A DNA stretch of 63,518 nucleotides, the filler included, from Trichomonas gallinae (lineage: Eukaryota), in assembly GCA_008369845.1 (NCBI GenBank). It is 7 parts of 7 records of this genome, joined end to end, with 100 filler letters (N's around TTAATTAATTAA, not from the genome) between each part and the next. Parts side by side here need not be neighbours in the genome. Positions count along the whole stretch, not along the records: positions 53,404 to 58,343 come from MRSU01000551.1; positions 58,444 to 61,801 come from MRSU01000552.1; positions 61,902 to 63,518 come from MRSU01000574.1; 4 more parts are not named here. One strand, given 5' to 3'. Position numbers and translations under genes: made by a program. Below the pieces are notes generated by a model. The model had not been told where the DNA came from. It did no database searches and worked only from the letters and a program-made list of their open reading frames with translations. Below, one piece after another: positions 56,741 through 63,518 of the stretch. How positions within the stretch are numbered: the stretch's first letter is position 1; every line of letters starts with the position of its first letter.

Positions 56741-57086
56741 AATCACAGTTAAAAGTCATAATAGTCGCAATTAAAACAGATTATCCCAAATATGATGATA
56801 GTAAAATGGATAATCATTTTGCAAAGTTTATGATGCTACTTGACATGTAAAGTGTCAAAAAATATGGAAGCCCTTCCAAAACCTCTGCTTGAATTCCTTC
56901 GATCAATGGCTACAAGCTCACGTCATTGATCGAAGGCTTCGAAGCTCAGACTACAAACCATTGAGTTTTCGGCTGAAATCAATCTGATTGTGCACAAAAC
57001 CTCTGCTCGAATTCCTTAATTCAAATAGTTAATGAAACATACTTATTATTCTTAATTTATGTTATTTAAGAATATTTATTTAATCA

Positions 57087-57653
57087 TGTTCTGTACAGAA
57101 ATGCGGAACGAAAAGTGATAGATTTACATATCAGATTTGACACGTAAAGTATCCAAAAGTGACAGAATTAAAACAGGGGTGGGGTTCAATTTTAAAAGGT
57201 GACATTTAATGAAGATTTCATCTTTTTTTTTTAGAAACTGGTAAGATCAAATGCCACTTGTCTTACCTGTCTTGGTCAAAAGACGAGATGGTTTGATTTT
57301 CGATGCATACACAGTCTCAGAGGCTTTCATGAGACTGTGTATGCCTCAGATGTGGCGCCTTCTGTTGACCTCGCTCGAGATCTAAACTTCGATGAATTCA
57401 GATTTCGAGCGAGATCATCAGAAATTAATACCACTTATCAGGATCAAAGCATTATGTTATAATATGATGTTTTTCCGCAGACAAATGGCATTCGATCTTA
57501 CTATTTTCTAAAAAAACAATGAAATCTTCATTAGATGTCACTTTTTAAAATTGAACCCCATCCTTGTTTTAATTCTGTCACTTTGGATACTTTACATGTC
57601 AAATCTGATATGTAAATATGTCACTTTTTCGTTCCGCATTTCGGTACAGAACA
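57087..57653. mobile_element. Non-autonomous TIR element (MITE-like), ~175-bp TIRs, TGT...ACA termini
   Basis: 57087-57263 is the imperfect reverse complement of 57479-57653; related ends at 21040, 53414, 54938 and 58264; no clear TSD. Confidence 0.88.
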
Positions 57654-58263
57654 ATTGTAATTATAATTTAAATAACTTATACAATTCATATATCTAATAA
57701 TATGAAAAGATTGCCACTACAAGATTGGTCCGATGATGAGGGCCGCGGGGCACAACGGCCCTCATTCTCAGTCCCAACATTACAAACAGCATGGTTTAGG
57801 AGGCCAACACACGAGTCAATACAAGAGACAGCTACGACCGGGGATTAGGGCTTTGAGGCACAGCGGGCCTCATTCCCCGGTGAAGAGTCTCTCTTCCCTA
57901 TCCAATCAAGGGAAGTCATATCTCAGGTCCATGCAAGATATATGGATGGAGACTCATCACTCGTAGAAATAGCCTCAGAGTATCGAATCAACCATACTTT
58001 GAGGTATCTTTTCCAATTATTGGGACTCCAAAGTCTCTCTTCGAAGAAAAAAAGCGTTTTTTTCTTCATCATCAGTCAATATAGGAATGCAGTGCAACTG
58101 TTTATACGGCTCCATATTTTGCTCAATTCTTTTCTAATGGAGGATATTGAACATATTTCCAAAAAACAACTTCCTGTACAAGTATTCAATTTTAGTCACT
58201 TTTCGAATTTTTTGTATTATTTTTCTTATTTTTGATAAATTTAATGCCAAACGATATATTTTG

Positions 58264-58343
58264 TGTTATGTACCGAAATCGGTCACGAAAAAGTGACACT
58301 TTACATGTCAGATTTGACACGTAAAGTGTAACAAAAGTGACAG
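58264..58343 (+). mobile_element. Left-end TIR of a related subfamily, cut by gap
   Basis: tgttatgtaccgaaat...cgaaaaagtgac.ctttacatgtcagatttgacacgtaaagt...aaaagtgacag aligns with 57087-57165. Confidence 0.8.
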
Positions 58344-58445
58344 NNNNNNNNNNNNNNNNNNNNNNNNNNNNNNNNNNNNNNNNNNNNTTAATTAATTAAN
58401 NNNNNNNNNNNNNNNNNNNNNNNNNNNNNNNNNNNNNNNNNNNTT

Positions 58446-61400
58446 GTTGTCTTCTTACTAAGTTACCTCATCTATACTGTAACAATAACAAAAGCTTTCA
58501 TGTCAACATTAGTTTTCAGACCATTAAGTTTCCAGTCATTAGAGTTTTCAACGAATAAATTCTTATTGCACTCAACAATCGTTGCGACAATGATATCAGC
58601 TGTTGCTTCAGAATTGTCAAAAATACCAGCTTTAGTTCTTATTGCTCTAACCTGGATCCCTTATTCATTGGTTGTCAAAACATTGTTCGGCTGCGGAACA
58701 TTCATAGAGAAAGACGATCAAATGCTAGTCCTCGCAGGTGCCTTCTCTTGCTTCGTATTCAGCGTCGTCAGTTTCATATTGCTGCTCATAAACAAGAGCT
58801 ATAATGATTACTTCATCGTATTTCTGGTTGGTGTGATATTTGTTTCAATTGTTATTTCGTTTTTCATCATCAAAAACAGAGAAGCAAAGGACTTAAGAAT
58901 CTTGGATGATATCGAAGAACAAAACGATATCACGATAATTTCCAAGAGAAAATTCAAGCAGATTGTCATTTCTGGTTTTGCCAACTGCCACCCAACATGC
59001 ATTGACTTTTCGATATTCAAGTTAGCAATTGCTCAGTGGGATGATGATATTTCAATTTGGGAAATTTTCGCGAAATTTTCAATGATTTATCCAGAATTAA
59101 CTTACCATCTTGAATTCATTGGCCAAAGCATTTCAAAGCTAAAAGACTCAGATGAGATTATCAAGAATATAAGCGGAATCATGAAGACAAGAGAAACATC
59201 CATGACTCCTCAATTGAAATCAGCCATTTCGAAGATCAACAAATCGATGAACAAAACATTGACGAGAATAAGAAATATTTGGGATTTGGTTTTGCAAGGT
59301 TCAGTAAGCGAGCTTCCGAATGCAATAAAGATTGCACTAGATAGTAGCTTCGACTTAGAGTTCGAAATTACGCATTTGATGATCCAGTATCCAAATAACA
59401 AATACGTTTTCAGACAATATTTAGCCTATCTGAATGATGTCAAAAATGATTTGATCACTGCAAAAACCATTCAACAGTCAGTCAACAAACTTCAAAGAGG
59501 AATTCATGTTAATCAAGACATAATTAAACAGTTCGGAATCTTAGCATTTCCTAACATTCCTGGATCTATTCAATGCAGTCAGCAAGATGTTATTCTTGGA
59601 AATGCATCTATAAACGAAAACGAAGAAGAAGTCCAGTTAATTGATGAATCAGATGATTTAGAAGTTTTCGGAACCTTGTCAAATCAAATAGAAAAACAGC
59701 ACATTCCAGCAATTAAATTCATCATATGGTCAACAGTTGTTGCTTTTTTAATTGTCGTCTTCGTTCCTTTGTTATTTTTCACTTTGTATTTCGAAGTTTA
59801 CACAACAATTTTAACAGAACCAATTCCATTCATGCAAGGTTTTTCATACACAAGAAACATGTTCTCAATGGTTTCTTCGGCAACAGAAAGATACATGTTA
59901 GAAGTATTGGATGATCCACATAATTTGTCAAGAAAGATCATGGAACCAATGGAACTTGCGGAAAACTTTCCATCAAACGGTTACAATGGAGCCAAGTCAT
60001 CCTGGGGAATTGCAGATCATATCAGATCCATTACAACCTACTGCCTGTCATTCCTCAATGGTTTAAGAGATTTCAAGCCTGGTAATGAAGACATGGAAGA
60101 CATAAGAAGATTGATTTTCTCAAGCATTGTGAATTTCACAAGTTTCGATAATAATCAGACTGCAATATATCATTCAAAATCTTCGGTTCCGGATATTCTT
60201 TATATTAACTCTGTCCATACAGGAAATCTTCTTGCCAAAGATCAAATAACGAATGAAGATCTATTAGGACCTGATTATATGACGATGATGAACAACATAG
60301 TAAATTCGATGGCAGTATTAAACCAGGCTTCAGTCAAAATGGTAGATTACATGACAAATGAAAGCAAGAGAAATATTGTTATTTTCGATATATTGCTAGG
60401 TTGCTTGATCTTATTTGCTTTGATTGTTTATCCTGTAATTTATTCGATCCAGTATAGATTGTTATCAAGTAATAGAAACGAAATACTTAACACATTGACG
60501 ACACTTCCAAAATCAGTTTTGTCGAACATTTCTAATTCTTTCAATAAAATCAGCAAAAGTGATTCAATGGTGAATTCGAATGAAGAATTAAACAGACAGG
60601 AAGAATCGATCATCAAATTATTCAACTCTGTCAGTGACAATCTTTCGAAGACGAAACTCGAAGTCAACAATTTCTTTTGCGTTGTTTTTATTTTGATATT
60701 TACAATTGTTGGTTATATCATTTCATACTTCGGCTACAGCAAAGCCGCAAAAGTCATGCTCAAGAGCAGCTCTCACCTAGATAATTTATTCGGAGTTGCT
60801 GCATACATTTATGGAGGAATGGGCTGCATTTTGAAACTGAGCATTGCTCATTACTCACCAATCTATTCTCCAATAATATTGAATGAGACAGAAGACATTG
60901 ACAGCCTCTCTATGCTCAATCAAAAGTTAGTCACATGCATCCACAAAGTTCTTTTTGGAGGAGAATCATCTGATGAGCCTCCTTTCCCAGATTTGAACAA
61001 AGTCACAGAATATGCAAATGAATATGACTTGTGTGATAACAAATCAGCAATTCCAACTGATTTTTTGCATTCAGTTCACTGCTTCACAATCATGCAACAA
61101 CTTTTCTTCGCAGTTGCAGGTATAAAGAAAATTCTTTCAAACTTGCTTCTTGATAACAAAATCTATCCAAATCCAACAGATCCTAATTTAAGACAACTTT
61201 GGCAGTATGGACCAATAGAAGTTTATGATATTTTATGTTATACAGCTGGTTTGAAATTTGTTGATTCGATAACAATCCAAATCAATGAAAAGAGAAATGA
61301 GCAGAGATACACAGCAATTGCCATGATTGTTCTTTCAACATTGCTGACAGCTTTTATGATCTTTTGCACACTCGTTGAAAGCAAAATACTCAAGTTGTAC

Positions 61401-61801
61401 TTAAAATTATTCCTCAAGGCTCCCTTGCCAACAATTTTGTCAAATCAGAAAGTGATGAATGTAATTTCTGGAAATTATTCCAACTTCAAGAGAGAAGATT
61501 CCGGTAAACACAATATTTTATCAGATGAAATTGTTAACACGATAGATGATGTTATTATTGTCATCAACGAAGACAAGAGGAAGATTTTGTCCGTCAATGA
61601 TGCATTCATAAATTTGTTTGGTTTGACCAATGAAGAAATTGTTGACAAAAATGTTGATGATTTCTTCACACAAGAGAGATTTGGAGTAGAATTTAGTCTT
61701 GAAAAACTTTATAAATCAACAATTCAGTTAGTTTTCAATTGTCCAAGAACAAAGAGTGATGGATATGTTGAATTTTCCTCATTGCTTGTTGGATCAAAGA
61801 G
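58446..61801 (+). CDS. Large multi-pass protein with PAS-like domain, probably of the trichomonad transmembrane adenylyl/guanylyl cyclase family; partial at both ends
   Basis: Open frame across the whole contig; TM clusters, YPNN.YV motif, PAS-like 'ILSVNDAFINLFG'. The catalytic domain is not visible (gap). Confidence 0.72.
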
Positions 61802-62110
61802 NNNNNNNNNNNNNNNNNNNNNNNNNNNNNNNNNNNNNNNNNNNNTTAATTAATTAANNNNNNNNNNNNNNNNNNNNNNNNNNNNNNNNNNNNNNNNNNN
61901 NTTGAAGGGTAAAGGTGATTAATTGAGATTAATCATATGTGCAAAAACTTGTGTATTCAGGTCTCATTCTATTCTGGAGAAGTTTTTTGCGTATTTCCTG
62001 ACAACAATCAACATTATCATAAAAACTTCAATAATGATTAAAAATATAGGGGCCACCTTCGGTCAACCAGTTTATATATTTTCACTCATCATCCTTTCAT
62101 ATTTTTGTTA

Positions 62111-62241
62111 ATGATGAAATTAAAGTTGATGAATCATTATAGATTTCATCAAAGCAAAATATATCTATATATTTGTTAATTCTCATCATGAGAGATGATG
62201 AAATTAAAGTTGGTGAATCATTATAGATTTCATCAAAGCAA
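62111..62241. repeat. 47-bp direct repeat x2
   Basis: atgatgaaattaaagttg(a/g)tgaatcattatagatttcatcaaagcaa at 62111 and 62195. Confidence 0.85.
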
Positions 62242-62776
62242 TTTTTAGATTTTTTATGTCAATTATGAATTACAAGACATGTGATTATTTTCTATTCAAA
62301 TTTCAATGCAATTTAAAGTGAAAATAGGGATGTTCGAACTGGGAGTGTTTAGAGTAGCTAAAATAGAGGAATTACTAATTAAAAAAGAAGGTGCCCTTTA
62401 TTTATAGATATTTTAAGAGGATTCGGCCTCGCTTTTCACGCGCTGAATAAAATTGGGCATTTCGTTTGCTGACAATAAGTGAAAATTCGCACAACCCTAG
62501 TGAAAATAATCATAAGCCTCATAATGATAGTTTTCGCACATTTTTAGGATTATTAGAGAGTAAAGGATTTAAACGGTAAGTTGTTGAGTATAAAAACATA
62601 ATAAAACTAGTCGAATGCGCAATATATTCCTAGAATTTTGAATTTATTGCAAAAATGCTTCATTGACCAACTTAGAATCGTTTTGTTTGCATTGAAACTC
62701 ATTTAGTGAGTCACTAACTGGCCAATATTTGGGAATTTTTTAGCATTATCAGGATTTAGAAGAATATCATTGAAAA

Positions 62777-63232
62777 TCATTTAGTGAGTTCCAAAATACG
62801 GTCCACGATATACTCTAACTCGCCAATATCTGGGAACTTTTTAGCATTATTAGAATTAAGAAGAATATCATTGAAATTGTTTAAAAAGTTATTATTATTG
62901 TTATTGCGTTGGGAGTTGTATCTTTGTTTGATATCTTTATATATTTTATCAATGTGTTCGCGAATTTTATTGTATTTCTCTGTTTGTAAATCTGAAATAG
63001 CTTTGTTGATCTGATATTTAGTTGATTTATCTTCAGAATTTAATTGATTATTGAGTACAGAAAGATCAACCGCATTTGTTTGATTTTCCATTTGTGATAT
63101 CGTTGGATCATGGTTAAAATGGCTATTTTCCGAATTAAAATCGCTAAATTTGATGCTACTTTTCCTACTGCAGTCATCTATTTGCTCATTTATCCAACCA
63201 ATAATTTCTTGTGCATTAATATCAACATTCAT
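62777..63232 (-). CDS. Hypothetical Asn-rich protein
   Basis: 151-aa ATG-started ORF; its 3' end is partly duplicated at 62700-62776. Confidence 0.4.
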   Translation of the reverse strand: MNVDINAQEIIGWINEQIDDCSRKSSIKFSDFNSENSHFNHDPTISQMENQTNAVDLSVLNNQLNSEDKSTKYQINKAISDLQTEKYNKIREHIDKIYKDIKQRYNSQRNNNNNNFLNNFNDILLNSNNAKKFPDIGELEYIVDRILELTK

Positions 63233-63518
63233 AATTTTTAATAAATTTCCATCAGCCCCCTAATTTAAAAATTCATCCCCTATATAAATATTTTTTTCTC
63301 TTTCATTCATTCACAATCCAGCTTTTGCCATAATACACAATTAATATCATGTACGAAAATGCATAATATGGTCATTTTGATATATCAACAATTCAAAGAC
63401 TTAAATATCGGTTAGTAAATCGCGCCTATAGCATATAATGTTGATATGATGACCATTATATGAAGCATAAATCAAAGCAGTATAAAAATCTTTTTTTTTT
63501 TTTTTTTTTTTTTTTTTT

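Noticed and set aside
62111..62241. ATGATGA box C in a duplicated 47-mer as snoRNA
   Set aside because: No CTGA box D; treated as a simple duplication.
63491..63518. Terminal poly-T run as a retroposon tail
   Set aside because: At the sequence end with no flanking context; probably where the assembly stopped.

Overview
AT-rich, intron-poor, gene-dense eukaryotic DNA with clear parabasalid (Trichomonas-like) signatures: an IBP39-type initiator-binding-domain protein, a transmembrane cyclase-family gene, TCA(Y)(T/A) Inr-like motifs just upstream of ATGs, and TAAA overlapping stop codons. It is a pseudo-scaffold of 7 contigs joined by artificial N-TTAATTAATTAA-N linkers, so adjacency across gaps is unproven. 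Ordinary genes include Rpn2, UNC-50, a GRIP golgin, a protein O-mannosyltransferase, a CNG-type channel, PP2A A and B56 subunits, an S28 peptidase, a GH99-like protein, a Rab, surface proteins, TM2 and HID1-like proteins, Fe-ADH, eIF4E, alpha-amylase and a partial tRNA-Val(GAC). Three things stand out. (1) A nearly gene-free 5-kb contig (53404-58343) is packed with more than 10 mostly unrelated 12-38-bp-stem hairpins, a duplicated covarying K-turn-like stem-loop, a pogo/DDE_1 transposase relic and several ends of a TGT...ACA TIR element, one copy of which carries hairpins as cargo. (2) Two tyrosine-recombinase relics lie at 1-675; the minus-strand one is missed by the ORF track, and its frame continues across an exact 34-bp terminal repeat linking the two ends of the first 21.3-kb contig. 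(3) A TTTACAYGWCA motif is shared between gene upstream regions and the TIR element. All family assignments come from visual motif recognition; no searches were run.
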